64,000 bases of DNA from Patescibacteria group bacterium (GCA_041651155.1 JBAZJU010000003.1:19789-83788); one strand, 5' to 3'. Counted from the stretch's first letter, positions 48,878-58,700 are shown. The notes: generated by a model not told the origin, from the letters alone. Numbers and translations are program-made.

Positions 48878-48993
48878 GATTAACCTCCTTTCAAGGAACT
48901 TTAATTTTTTACCTTATCATCGTTTTAATATTTTGTCAAACATACTTTGAAATTAAAAACCGCCGCATAGAGTGCTGTGCTAGGTGGCGGTTA

Positions 48994-49198
48994 TTGACAA
49001 TTGTATGCTATTGTTTTAATTTTCATCTAGGTCAAGCTTAATTGCCTGCAGCAGGTCTTGGGTTAGCGCCAGCGACGACCCTTAAAAAAGAACTGCGAAT
49101 GCAGACAAACCGTATTCTGGATATTCGGTTGCTTGAACTAAGGTTGCTGGCACAACCCCGCGGATAATCTTTAAAAAAAGATATTGAAGCGGGGTTTT
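48994..49198 (+). ncRNA. Candidate small structured RNA unit
   Basis: TTGACA-17-TAATTT; closing stem TAGGTCAAGC 49028-49037 / GCTTGAACTA 49131-49140; hairpin AACCCCGC/GCGGGGTT + T. Confidence 0.45.
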
Positions 49199-50024
49199 AA
49201 ATTTCTACTAATTGATAATCATTTTTTGACTTTACGCCAATGCCCAGTTCAACTGCGTGTTTAATTTGAGTTAATGCCCAGGGATCAGTGCCTAGTTTAT
49301 TATTTGCTTTATAACTTTGAATAATTTTAATTCCTTCAATATCAATGGCAACCATGTCATTTGAGGCCATTAAAACTTTGGGTTCTTCAAGCTTGCCTTT
49401 GTCTGGTCCGCCTTCAGTAAAACATTTTCGGCCATCCATGATGATTAGAGAGGGTTTAATAACAGAGGCAACCTCAGCAACTCTTTCCTGTAGATGATTT
49501 AAATGTAAGAGGCTTCTTTGTGAAGGCTTGAGCATGCCAATATTTATTTTTAAAGCGCCTGTATAAGCAGCCAAGAAATGAGTTTTTAAACAAGGCAGTA
49601 AAATAATCTTATCTACCTCTTGAACTATTTTAGGAATCTTGATGCTTTTAAAATATTTTCCGCCGGGAACATTAACTTTAACCCAATCCCCTGTTTCAAA
49701 ATTATGCCAAGTGACATTAAATTTTTGCATCACTTCAGGCGCGCCAATATCATGGCAAACCTTTTCAGTATTTAAAAAATAGGTGCATGATTCACCTACT
49801 ATTAATTCTTTTGGCTTAGCTTCAGAAAATATTTCAATCACAGCTTGAAGGAAATCTATGGATGTTGAACCAGGAAAAGGATCAGAGGTATTGAAATTGG
49901 GTTTTAATAAAACTCGGTCAGTGGGTTTGATGAAATCTGAAAGATTGCCGATGATTGGCTGGATTAATTTATGGATGTCGGTCTTAAGTGAGTCTGATGA
50001 TTTGGTTTTAGTTACTAAATACAT
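49197..50024 (-). CDS. DUF362 family protein
   Basis: VLLKPN, GES, LKTH, TGALK, DMVAID. Confidence 0.85.
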   Translation of the reverse strand: MYLVTKTKSSDSLKTDIHKLIQPIIGNLSDFIKPTDRVLLKPNFNTSDPFPGSTSIDFLQAVIEIFSEAKPKELIVGESCTYFLNTEKVCHDIGAPEVMQKFNVTWHNFETGDWVKVNVPGGKYFKSIKIPKIVQEVDKIILLPCLKTHFLAAYTGALKINIGMLKPSQRSLLHLNHLQERVAEVASVIKPSLIIMDGRKCFTEGGPDKGKLEEPKVLMASNDMVAIDIEGIKIIQSYKANNKLGTDPWALTQIKHAVELGIGVKSKNDYQLVEI

Positions 50025-50134
50025 GTAAGGAATTTTTAATAAATAATTTTTAATTTTTAAATAATGAACTAATTTATAATGTATTAATTATTATATTAAA
50101 CATTAAAAATTCACTAAAAATTAATAATAAAAAA

Positions 50135-50836
50135 TTAGAAAATAGTACGTTCTTTTGTCGTTTTAATAATTTTTAATGCTTCTTCAGCAGTATTTACCAC
50201 AGTAAAAATTTTGCGGTCCTTAGGCATAACTGTTTTGTATTCTTTGATCATTTCTTTATCAATCCAGTTAACAAATGGCTGCCAAAAAGCCTTGCCCACT
50301 AAAATAACAGGTATTTTTTGCATTTTACTGGTTTGGATTAAAGTTATTATTTCAGTAACTTCGTCTAAGGTGCCGAAACCGCCTGGGAAAAAAATATAGG
50401 CTTGGGCTGAAGCAGCTAACATAACTTTGCGGGTAAAGAAATAATAAAAACCTTTGCTTTTGGCTACATAGGGATTTGTTCTTTGTTCCATGGGTAACTG
50501 AATGTTTATGCCCACTGATTTTGCAGGATTAATGCTAAAAGCGCCTTTATTGGCTGATTCCATAATGCCTGGACCTCCGCCAGTAATGACAGTATAGCCG
50601 TGTTTTGCCAAAATTTTTCCTAATTGTTCTGCAACTTTGCCCCATTTTGTATCAGTGCCTAAATGAGTGGAGCCATAAATTGTCACTTCTTTATGGAATT
50701 GGGATAAAAATTCAAAACCTTCCACAAATTCCGACATAATGCGAAAAATGCGCCAGGTAATATCGCTCATCTTTTGTAAATGAATTTGTTGTTCCATGGG
50801 GTGGAGAGGGACTTTGATTTTCTTTTTGGTTGGCAT
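50135..50836 (-). CDS. LOG family (TIGR00730) nucleotide phosphoribohydrolase
   Basis: TGGGPGIME, FFTRK, PGGFGTLDE. Confidence 0.9.
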   Translation of the reverse strand: MPTKKKIKVPLHPMEQQIHLQKMSDITWRIFRIMSEFVEGFEFLSQFHKEVTIYGSTHLGTDTKWGKVAEQLGKILAKHGYTVITGGGPGIMESANKGAFSINPAKSVGINIQLPMEQRTNPYVAKSKGFYYFFTRKVMLAASAQAYIFFPGGFGTLDEVTEIITLIQTSKMQKIPVILVGKAFWQPFVNWIDKEMIKEYKTVMPKDRKIFTVVNTAEEALKIIKTTKERTIF

Positions 50837-51120
50837 AGGGATTTAGGTTATACAAGGTTTTATTATGTTATATAAAGTTTTATGAGGTTTCTAAACCACT
50901 GATTTAAATTCACTGATAACACAGATTCTAATTTTCAATTCAGTGCAATCTGTGAAAAAAATCCGTGGTTCATATCTACATTATAGCATTTTTCTATTTC
51001 CTTTTAAAATTTTTGGTAAGCCGGTCTGCTGAAGCTAATATACTAATTGATTACTAATAATACTAATTATTTCACAGGTGATATTAGTATCATTCGTATA
51101 GCATTGGTACATTAGTATCA

Positions 51121-52896
51121 TTATTTCCGTTTGAAATTTTTGGCGAGTTGGTCCAAAGTTAATTCCATAATAAATGGCCGGCCGTGCGGACAAGTATTGA
51201 TTTTATCCATCATGACCATGACATCTTGGAGCAATTTAATCTGTTCAGCTGGCTCTAATTTGTCTTGGAATTTAACCGCAGTTCTGCAGGCAGCGTATTT
51301 TATTACTAAATCTTTTTTCTCATCAATTGATTTGGCCGAATTAAAATCATGCTCTTCCAGATCATTAATCAGGCCCAAAATTGTTTGTTTAATATCCAGT
51401 TTGTCTAATTCCTGCGGTACGGCATTAACGATAAATGAATTGTTACTAAAAATTTCAATATCAAATCCTAAATTTCTTAAAAATTCTAAGCTTTGATTTA
51501 AAATTTCAATTTCGCGATGCGATAATTCAAGAGTTAAGGGCAATAAAAGTTTTTGGCTTTTAATATTATCAGTTGCAAATTCATTTTTAAATCTTTCATA
51601 CAGAATTCTTTCAGCCGCGGCATGCTGGTCAATGATGAGCACGGCGCTTGGCGCTTCTATCATTAAATAAGAGTTATGTATTTGCCCAATCAAGCGCCAA
51701 GCGCCGATCAACTGCGGTTCTTTTTCTTCTGCAAATTCCCCATTTAAAATCTGTTTGGAAAATTCCAAAGCCTGTGAAACCTGGCTGGGCTGGGAACGAA
51801 TATTTTTAAAAGTCGGCTGATAAGAAATTGAAGGCTTATATGTTTCTTGAGCTTGTGATTTTAAAGTAAATTTCCTGGTAGGAACTGATTTATCCTCAAA
51901 TTGCTGAGTTAAAATATTTTCAGCCAGACATTTTTGCACTGCTTTCATAACTGTAAGATAAACTTCCTGTAAATTTTGGAATTTGACCTCTGTTTTGCGC
52001 GGGTGAACATTAACATCAACTAATTGAGGTGGTAAATTTAAATTTAAAATAAAAGTGGGATAAAGTTCTCTAGGAATTAATGTCCCAAAGCCTTCTTTAA
52101 CTGCTTTGGCAATTATAAAGTCATCAATGGCGCGTTTATTAACAAAAATAAACTGAGCCTTACGATTGTTTCTGGCAATTTGCGGCTTGCCAATAAAACC
52201 AGAAATCTCAATTGTTCCCTTTTGGTTTATAGCCAATAAATGTTTGGCAATATCCTGGCCTAAAATTTGTTTTATGCGTTCTGACCAAACATTTGTTTTG
52301 GGCAAATTAAAAATCAGCTTGCTTTTATGAGTTAAATTAAAGCTGATTTGCGGATTAATTAAAGCAAATTGGGTGATGAATTCTAAAATATTATTATATT
52401 CAGTGTTGGCTGACTTTAAGAATTTTTTACGCGCCGGTACATTATAGAATAAATCCTTGATAGTAATTTTAGTTCCTTGGGGACAACCACATGGCCCAAT
52501 CTCTAATTTTGAATCTCTAATTTCTAATTTTGCGCCTTCAATCCCCTCTTTGGTTTTTGTTTCTAAAGAAAATTGCGAGACAGCAGAAATACTGGCCAGT
52601 GCTTCACCGCGAAAACCCAAGGTCTGGATATTAAAAAGATCTTCTATTTTGGAAATTTTAGAAGTTGCGTGGCGTTCAATGGCCAGTTTGGCATCATCTG
52701 CTGTCATGCCAGAGCCATTATCTAGGATAGATATTAAATCAATTCCCCCGTTTTTTATTTCAATATTTATTTGATCGGCCTGCGCATCAATAGAGTTTTC
52801 AACTAATTCTTTGACAACAGAAGCTGGGCGTTCTACTACTTCGCCAGCAGCGATTTTATTGATTAAGTCTTGGTCTAATTTTTTTATTTGCGGCAT
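51121..52896 (-). CDS. mutL: DNA mismatch repair protein MutL
   Basis: IAAGEV, GFRGEAL, DQHAAAE, CPHGRP. Confidence 0.97.
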   Translation of the reverse strand: MPQIKKLDQDLINKIAAGEVVERPASVVKELVENSIDAQADQINIEIKNGGIDLISILDNGSGMTADDAKLAIERHATSKISKIEDLFNIQTLGFRGEALASISAVSQFSLETKTKEGIEGAKLEIRDSKLEIGPCGCPQGTKITIKDLFYNVPARKKFLKSANTEYNNILEFITQFALINPQISFNLTHKSKLIFNLPKTNVWSERIKQILGQDIAKHLLAINQKGTIEISGFIGKPQIARNNRKAQFIFVNKRAIDDFIIAKAVKEGFGTLIPRELYPTFILNLNLPPQLVDVNVHPRKTEVKFQNLQEVYLTVMKAVQKCLAENILTQQFEDKSVPTRKFTLKSQAQETYKPSISYQPTFKNIRSQPSQVSQALEFSKQILNGEFAEEKEPQLIGAWRLIGQIHNSYLMIEAPSAVLIIDQHAAAERILYERFKNEFATDNIKSQKLLLPLTLELSHREIEILNQSLEFLRNLGFDIEIFSNNSFIVNAVPQELDKLDIKQTILGLINDLEEHDFNSAKSIDEKKDLVIKYAACRTAVKFQDKLEPAEQIKLLQDVMVMMDKINTCPHGRPFIMELTLDQLAKNFKRK

Positions 52897-52907
52897 AGAG
52901 AATATAA

Positions 52908-52987
52908 TTTATACCCTGCTTTAGCAGGTAATTTAGCCCACTTCCGCAGTCGCTTACGCTATGGCGGACAAGAAAGTGGGGTATAAA
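52908..52987. mobile_element. ~80-bp MITE/REP-like element, intergenic copy
   Basis: Inverted near-copy of 21595-21677, ending about 12 bp upstream of mutL start. Confidence 0.75.
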
Positions 52988-53050
52988 TTAAATAATTTTA
53001 TAATCATACTTTATCAGTTTTTAAACATCAAATCAAATTTAAAAGGACTC

Positions 53051-53281
53051 TCAGTTGAGAGCCCTTGTGCGTTTAAACAATCGCTTTGGCCAGAGGAGTG
53101 ACTTTTTGAAATTCCGTTTGATGGAAAATTTTATGTCCTCCAATCTGGGCGGATCGTAGTACTTGTAATTTTTGTGGCGAATCACGAGTGCCAGATATTC
53201 ACTGGCCACGTAAACTACCAGGCAAATCAGGGCGAAAAACAGATAAGCCTTGATTGCCCAGATCAAACCTCCAATAAACAT
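53051..53281 (-). CDS. Small membrane protein
   Basis: AAAGGAGGT SD; N-terminal TM, basic tail. Confidence 0.6.
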   Translation of the reverse strand: MFIGGLIWAIKAYLFFALICLVVYVASEYLALVIRHKNYKYYDPPRLEDIKFSIKRNFKKSLLWPKRLFKRTRALN

Positions 53282-53331
53282 CTCGACCTCCTTTTGGGTT
53301 AAAAAAATTCATTAAGTCTATAGCATTTTGG

Positions 53332-53550
53332 TCATTTTTTGATAGCGCCAAGTCTTCTCAAATCTTCTAAGGTTGCCACCTCAGGGTTTAAACCGAAGCG
53401 CACACATTGTAGTTTAAAAATGCTAGTTGTGTTTGGATCCAGCTTGTTTTGGATGCAACCCAACATTAAAAAAGAAGTTTTTTGAGGATCAAGCCCTCTT
53501 TTTTGACATTCCTCTTTAAAATTTCCGTCATATAAGCTACTTGAAATCAT
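53332..53550 (-). CDS. Small protein with repeated C-x-x-x-GL-D/N-P motif
   Basis: Start MISSS with AAAGGAGGG SD; CQKRGLDP, CIQNKLDP, CVRFGLNP. Confidence 0.6.
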   Translation of the reverse strand: MISSSLYDGNFKEECQKRGLDPQKTSFLMLGCIQNKLDPNTTSIFKLQCVRFGLNPEVATLEDLRRLGAIKK

Positions 53551-53561
53551 GCTCCCTCCTT

Positions 53562-53801
53562 TTAAAAAAGTTTTGCAATCAGTTCCCTCAGGACGTTTTT
53601 TAGATACGGAGCAGTTATGACTGTAACTACTACTGGCCATAATGAGTTTAGTTCATAACCTCTGATTGCCTCGTAAATCCCGAAGATGGCCATGTAGATT
53701 ATTAAGCCGAAAATTATGGCTAAGTAATCCATCAATGCCAATGCAGTTTTGTCCTGTTTGGGCAAAATTGATTCCTCGTCAATAAACGTTTTTTCAGCCA
53801 T
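53562..53801 (-). CDS. Small two-TM membrane protein
   Basis: GAGGAGGT SD; two hydrophobic stretches. Confidence 0.6.
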   Translation of the reverse strand: MAEKTFIDEESILPKQDKTALALMDYLAIIFGLIIYMAIFGIYEAIRGYELNSLWPVVVTVITAPYLKNVLRELIAKLF

Positions 53802-53818
53802 TTCTACCTCCTCGTTTT

Positions 53819-53980
53819 TTAAAATAACATGCGTATTGCTTCCAGAGGCAAATTTTTTGCCTGTCTGAAGCTCTCACGAAGCGGACGGCGTTCAACCAGC
53901 GATACCATTATTGTTCCGCCAATGATGGCGCTCACGTATACAACCGCGCAAAACCCAGCAACTTCAACGACTGTCAACAT
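53819..53980 (-). CDS. 53-aa single-TM protein (not in ORF track)
   Basis: MLTVVEVAGFCAVVYVSAIIGGTIMVSLVERRPLRESFRQAKNLPLEAIRMLF; AAAGGAG SD; promoter 54039-54011. Confidence 0.6.
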   Translation of the reverse strand: MLTVVEVAGFCAVVYVSAIIGGTIMVSLVERRPLRESFRQAKNLPLEAIRMLF

Positions 53981-54247
53981 AATTTTGTCTCCTTTAGTTT
54001 TGATTCATGGAGTTTAGCATATAAATTTCCTTCTGTCAACCCTACAAAACTACAAATCTTATACAAATTTTACAAAAAGTTAAGTATTACTGCGCTTTGG
54101 GTTAAAATTTTGCTTACTCATCAGATTCAGTTTTTCTCACCAAAGCGCCTTAAAATTGTATTTTGTATTATTTGTAACTAAATTCGTTTTTGTAGGAGTA
54201 AAAAAGCCGCAAGCGGGTGCCTGCGGCGATTTTTGCGTATTTTACTG

Positions 54248-54514
54248 TTAGTTGATTGGCGCATACACAGATTCAATATTATCAATTGGAATTATCCTGT
54301 GATGTTCAAGTTCAACATTTTCATCATCCAATAGTTTTGTTACTTTCCTGATTAATGTAGCGCCACCAAAATATAGTCCCTGATTGCCAATAGGAATAAT
54401 CATATTGGGTTTAGGTTTAGTTACAACCATTAACGGTATTTCTGACCCACAAAACTTTTTTAGCATACCTCTTATTTCTTTCGGATTATGCGCTTCTTCA
54501 TTTTTTTCAGACAT
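54248..54514 (-). CDS. Small hypothetical protein in cassette with duplicated terminator
   Basis: AAGGAGG SD before MSEKN; TTGACA-17-TAAGCT 54568-54540. Confidence 0.6.
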   Translation of the reverse strand: MSEKNEEAHNPKEIRGMLKKFCGSEIPLMVVTKPKPNMIIPIGNQGLYFGGATLIRKVTKLLDDENVELEHHRIIPIDNIESVYAPIN

Positions 54515-54699
54515 TTTATCCTCCTTTTTTTGTTTTTTTAGCTTAGCAAGGTGTTTAAATTTTGTCAACCTTATGTACAAATTACAAATTTTTTGCGAAT
54601 ATACAAATCAATCTCCATTAGTAAATTAGTACAAAATTCGTAATTAGTAGAAGTATAAAAAAAGCCGCAAGCGAGGTGCCTGCGGCGGTAGTTGCGTGT

Positions 54700-55341
54700 T
54701 CACATTCCAAGCTGTTCTTTGAAATTATTCTTGGAATAACCATTGGGAAGTAATTGTACGAAATTCTCAGCTTCCCGACGATTACCCGTAATGACAGCAC
54801 TTTTGATGATTTTTTTTAGATAGGTCTTGCCATCGGGTAAAGCATTCGCTGCCTTAGAAGCAGTTTTCAACCAAGTGCCTTCTATTGGGTGAAAATTGGG
54901 CACGTAATCCTCTGCGTTTTTTCTGCAAATTCCTATTATTTTTTTAAGAATTGAAGTTTTTTCTATTGATTCCTGTAGAATTTCAGCTGCTGCTAAAGCA
55001 CCGTTAAGCCAAAATAATGGTAGCGGTACAATGCATGCCGGTTCATTTGCTTCGTTCGTCATCCTTTCAAAACATGCGTCAATAAAACTTAGTAGACATG
55101 TCTGTTTGATGTCGCTTTGTTTAATCCTTACTGCACATCTGAGTGCAGGGATAAGTTTGTGTTCTTCTAGATAGTCTTCAAAGGCAAGAAATCTGTCTGA
55201 ATCTTCCTCAGTTTGTATCTCATTTAATTTGACAAATTTTTTCCCTTGAATTTGTTGCTTTTCGGATTCTTTTTTTTCAATGTACTTTTGTGTTTCAGGT
55301 GAAAGCAATCCAGCCGTTTTTAAGGCCTCTGATATATTCAT
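54700..55341 (-). CDS. Hypothetical protein in stand-alone cassette
   Basis: AAAGGAGG SD; promoter 55418-55390. Confidence 0.65.
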   Translation of the reverse strand: MNISEALKTAGLLSPETQKYIEKKESEKQQIQGKKFVKLNEIQTEEDSDRFLAFEDYLEEHKLIPALRCAVRIKQSDIKQTCLLSFIDACFERMTNEANEPACIVPLPLFWLNGALAAAEILQESIEKTSILKKIIGICRKNAEDYVPNFHPIEGTWLKTASKAANALPDGKTYLKKIIKSAVITGNRREAENFVQLLPNGYSKNNFKEQLGM

Positions 55342-55414
55342 TATTTTCCTCCTTTGAAAATTTTTAGCTCAATAATTTGAGTATTAATAATATTAACATT
55401 TATTTCAGTTCCTG

Positions 55415-57832
55415 TCAATCCTTTGAGATCTTCAATTCATTTTCCAATTCTGCCAGTATTTCATAAGCTCGGTCAGTTAATGGTTTGGGTAGGCCAGCGA
55501 GTTTGGCGACTTCAATGCCATAGGAGCGGTCAATGCCGCCGGGAATTATTTTTCTTAAAAATATAACACCTGTTTCAGTTTCTTTAACTGAAACAGAATA
55601 ATTTTTGGCCTTATCTAATTTATCTACTAAATCAATTAATTCATGGTAATGTGTGGCAAACAAGGTTTTGGCTTTGATATTTTTATAAATATATTCCACA
55701 ATGGCCCAGGCAATGGAAACGCCGTCAAAAGTAGATGTTCCCCTGCCCAATTCATCCAGGACAATAAAACTTTTACTGGTTGCATTATTTAAAATATTGG
55801 CTGCTTCCTGCATTTCCACCATAAAGGTTGATTGTCCTCGGATAAGGTTGTCTGAAGCGCCTACGCGAGTAAATATGCGGTCTGTAAGGCCTATTTTAGC
55901 GCTTTGGCAAGGCACATATGAGCCGATTTGGGCTAAAAGTATAATTAGGGCTGTTTGGCGCAAATAGCTTGATTTGCCGCTCATATTTGGTCCGGTCAGT
56001 AAAATTAACTGATGGTCAGTATGATTAAATAAGCCATCATTAGGCACATAGGAGTCAGTTTGTAATTTTTCAATCACTGGATGGCGGCCATTTTTAATTT
56101 CAATTGCTTCGCCGTCGTTTAATTCTGGCTTAGAGTAATTATTTAGTAAAGCAATATTGGCAAAGTTTAGTAAAACATCCAGCTGGGCAATAATATAAGC
56201 TGTGTTTTGAATGGCTTCAAAATACTTTGCCACTTCATTTCTAATTTCCCAGAATAATCTTTGTTCCAGTTCTATAATTTTTTCTTCAGCGCCTAAAACC
56301 TTTTGTTCATATTCTTTCAGTTCTGGCGTAACAAAACGTTCAGCATTAACTAATGTTTGTTTGCGTGTGTAATCAACGGGCACTTGAGCTAAATTAGAAT
56401 TAGACACTTCAATATAGTAACCAAATATTTTATTAAATTTAACTTTGAGTGAAGAAATGCCGCTTCTTTGAATTTCTTTAGTTTGTAAATCTTTGAGCCA
56501 GTCCTTGCCTGAACGACTAATCTTTCTTAATTCATCAAGTTCAGCATTATAACCATCAGCAATCATTTCGCCTTCGGTAATTAAAAGCGGTGGATCTTCA
56601 GCAATTGATTTTTGGATTAAATCAACGACTTCTTGGTGTTCGTCTAGATTTTTATGGCAAAGTTTTAGTAGTTTAGAATCACAATTATTAATAATGCTTC
56701 TTATTTGCGGCATTAGCATTAAAGAATTTTTAAGATTAACTAAGTCCCTGGCATTTGCTCTTTTACAACCTAGCCTGCCTATTAATCTTTCTATATCCGA
56801 GATATTTTTAAATTCGCCTTTCAAATTTTCACGCAAATCCAGATTTCTATAAAATTCTTCAACTGCGTCTAGTCGCTGCTGGACTTTGTCCAAATTAATT
56901 AAAGGATGTAAAAGCCAATTGCGAAGCAATCTGCCGCCCATGCCTGTTTGAGTTTGATCAAGGATGGAAATTAACGAACCTTTTTCTTCAAAAAATTGGA
57001 ATGTATATAAAAGTTCTAAATTTCTGATAGTCGCCTCATCTAAAATCATGTAGTCAGAAAGATTATAAAGAGAAAGCTTATTTATGTGTTCCAAACTTGT
57101 TTTTTGGGTGTCTTTTAAATAGTTAATTAAATTTCCAGCAGCTTCAATGCCGGTTAAATATTTTTCAACACCAAAACTTTGCAATGATTTAACTTTAAAA
57201 TGCTCCAGTAAAGTTTCAGTAGCAGGATGAAATAAAGCAGGATAAAATAAGTTAAGATTGGAAATTTGTTCAAGTTTTGTTTTTAAATTTAAATTTTCAT
57301 TTAGATCAGGAGTAATAATAATTTCTGAAGGCAAAATTCTATTTAATTCATTAATTAAATCATCCAGTTTATTTAATTCAGATAATTTAAATTCACCGGT
57401 TGTCAAATCAACAAACGCAATCCCCCACTTATTATCTTTATTAAATAAAGAGACTAAATAATTATTTCTTTTATTTTCCAAGATATTATTATCCAAAGTT
57501 GTGCCAGGCGTAATAATTCTAATTACTGAACGTTCAACCAGGCCGGGTAAATTAGGGTCAGTCATTTGTTCGCAGATAGCAACTTTTTTGCCAGCCCTGG
57601 TTAGTTTGGCAATATAACCATCAGCCGCATGGTAAGGAATGCCGCACATAGGGGTTTCATTAACAGTGCCTTTATTACGCGCTGTGAGCGTGATATTAAG
57701 TATTTTAGACGCTTCTAAGGCATCTGGACCAAACATTTCATAAAAGTCGCCCAAACGAAAAAAGAGAATGCAGTCTTGGTGCTTTTCTTTGATGGCACGG
57801 TATTGTTTGAGCATGGGGGTGAGTTCGGACAT
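55415..57832 (-). CDS. mutS: DNA mismatch repair protein MutS
   Basis: TPM..QY, GDFYE, TGPNMSGKS, DELGRGTS, SYGI. Confidence 0.97.
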   Translation of the reverse strand: MSELTPMLKQYRAIKEKHQDCILFFRLGDFYEMFGPDALEASKILNITLTARNKGTVNETPMCGIPYHAADGYIAKLTRAGKKVAICEQMTDPNLPGLVERSVIRIITPGTTLDNNILENKRNNYLVSLFNKDNKWGIAFVDLTTGEFKLSELNKLDDLINELNRILPSEIIITPDLNENLNLKTKLEQISNLNLFYPALFHPATETLLEHFKVKSLQSFGVEKYLTGIEAAGNLINYLKDTQKTSLEHINKLSLYNLSDYMILDEATIRNLELLYTFQFFEEKGSLISILDQTQTGMGGRLLRNWLLHPLINLDKVQQRLDAVEEFYRNLDLRENLKGEFKNISDIERLIGRLGCKRANARDLVNLKNSLMLMPQIRSIINNCDSKLLKLCHKNLDEHQEVVDLIQKSIAEDPPLLITEGEMIADGYNAELDELRKISRSGKDWLKDLQTKEIQRSGISSLKVKFNKIFGYYIEVSNSNLAQVPVDYTRKQTLVNAERFVTPELKEYEQKVLGAEEKIIELEQRLFWEIRNEVAKYFEAIQNTAYIIAQLDVLLNFANIALLNNYSKPELNDGEAIEIKNGRHPVIEKLQTDSYVPNDGLFNHTDHQLILLTGPNMSGKSSYLRQTALIILLAQIGSYVPCQSAKIGLTDRIFTRVGASDNLIRGQSTFMVEMQEAANILNNATSKSFIVLDELGRGTSTFDGVSIAWAIVEYIYKNIKAKTLFATHYHELIDLVDKLDKAKNYSVSVKETETGVIFLRKIIPGGIDRSYGIEVAKLAGLPKPLTDRAYEILAELENELKISKD

Positions 57833-58063
57833 AAATATTTTGATAACTGATTGCAGATTACTGATTTCAGCAAAGAATCTTTAATCAGCAATCCGAAATC
57901 TGTAATCGTAGATACAATAAATCTACCAATTTTTACCTTTTTTGTAAATAAAAAAGGGCGATGTGATTCGCCCTAGATGTGTCCGCCTTCCCAAGCGCTT
58001 CGGTACTCCCCCGAAGTATTACAAGCCCCTTTTTTTGACATGGGTTGGTCAAACTGCAACTTG

Positions 58064-58531
58064 TTACTCGGGTTTAACCTCATTGACAAGGTTTGGCCTT
58101 TGGCCCTCTGGGTAGATTGCAAACTCTATGGCTAAGAGTTTCTCAATACTGCAATTTCCCCATTTTCTACTTTCTCGCTCTGCCTGGCATTCTCGCGTGA
58201 AGTACTCGCAATCTCTGTCACAGCATTCCTGGTGGCGAAGGATTTCTTCAGCCAACATTGATTCTCCTTGAAAGTTCTTGAAATGTGCAACTTTTAGGAG
58301 GTGGAACTGAGTGCAATTGCGAGTGCAACATGGGCAGGGATCCTCGTTGCACGTGCCGTTTCCGTAACATTCTTTGGGGCATGCATATTGGCTGGGATCA
58401 AGCTGGCAAATTCTGCCGGCTTTTTTAAGATCCCCTTCGGGAACCTCTTGTACGGGCAAGCCCACGATTTTGAGGGTTTGAATAAAATATTCGTAACCCC
58501 CGTGGCCTATGACTGCTCTGCTTTCTGACAT
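58064..58531 (-). CDS. Cys-rich hypothetical protein
   Basis: Dense Cys clusters; AAGGAG SD; terminator AGGGCGA/TCGCCCT ~57950-57974. Confidence 0.6.
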   Translation of the reverse strand: MSESRAVIGHGGYEYFIQTLKIVGLPVQEVPEGDLKKAGRICQLDPSQYACPKECYGNGTCNEDPCPCCTRNCTQFHLLKVAHFKNFQGESMLAEEILRHQECCDRDCEYFTRECQAERESRKWGNCSIEKLLAIEFAIYPEGQRPNLVNEVKPE

Positions 58532-58700
58532 GGCTCTCTCCTTTTCTGGTTAGGGTTTTGGGGTCAATCTGACCTTAGGATTGATTAGGATCTTTTAAAT
58601 CATGAGTTCGTTTTTCACAGATTTTAAATTTTGCAGATCCCCAATCCAGAAAAGTGCCATCTTAATAAGACAATATAACAAATCTTTGAGAATTTGTCAA
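58527..58700 (-). promoter_or_regulatory. Promoter and folded leader that would sequester SD/AUG
   Basis: TTGACA-17-TATATT; ATGGC/GCCAT and CTTTTCTGG/CCAGAAAAG pairing. Confidence 0.55.

Noticed and set aside
53829-54017. Plus-strand 62-aa ORF
   Set aside because: Shadow of the minus-strand 53-aa gene that has an SD and promoter
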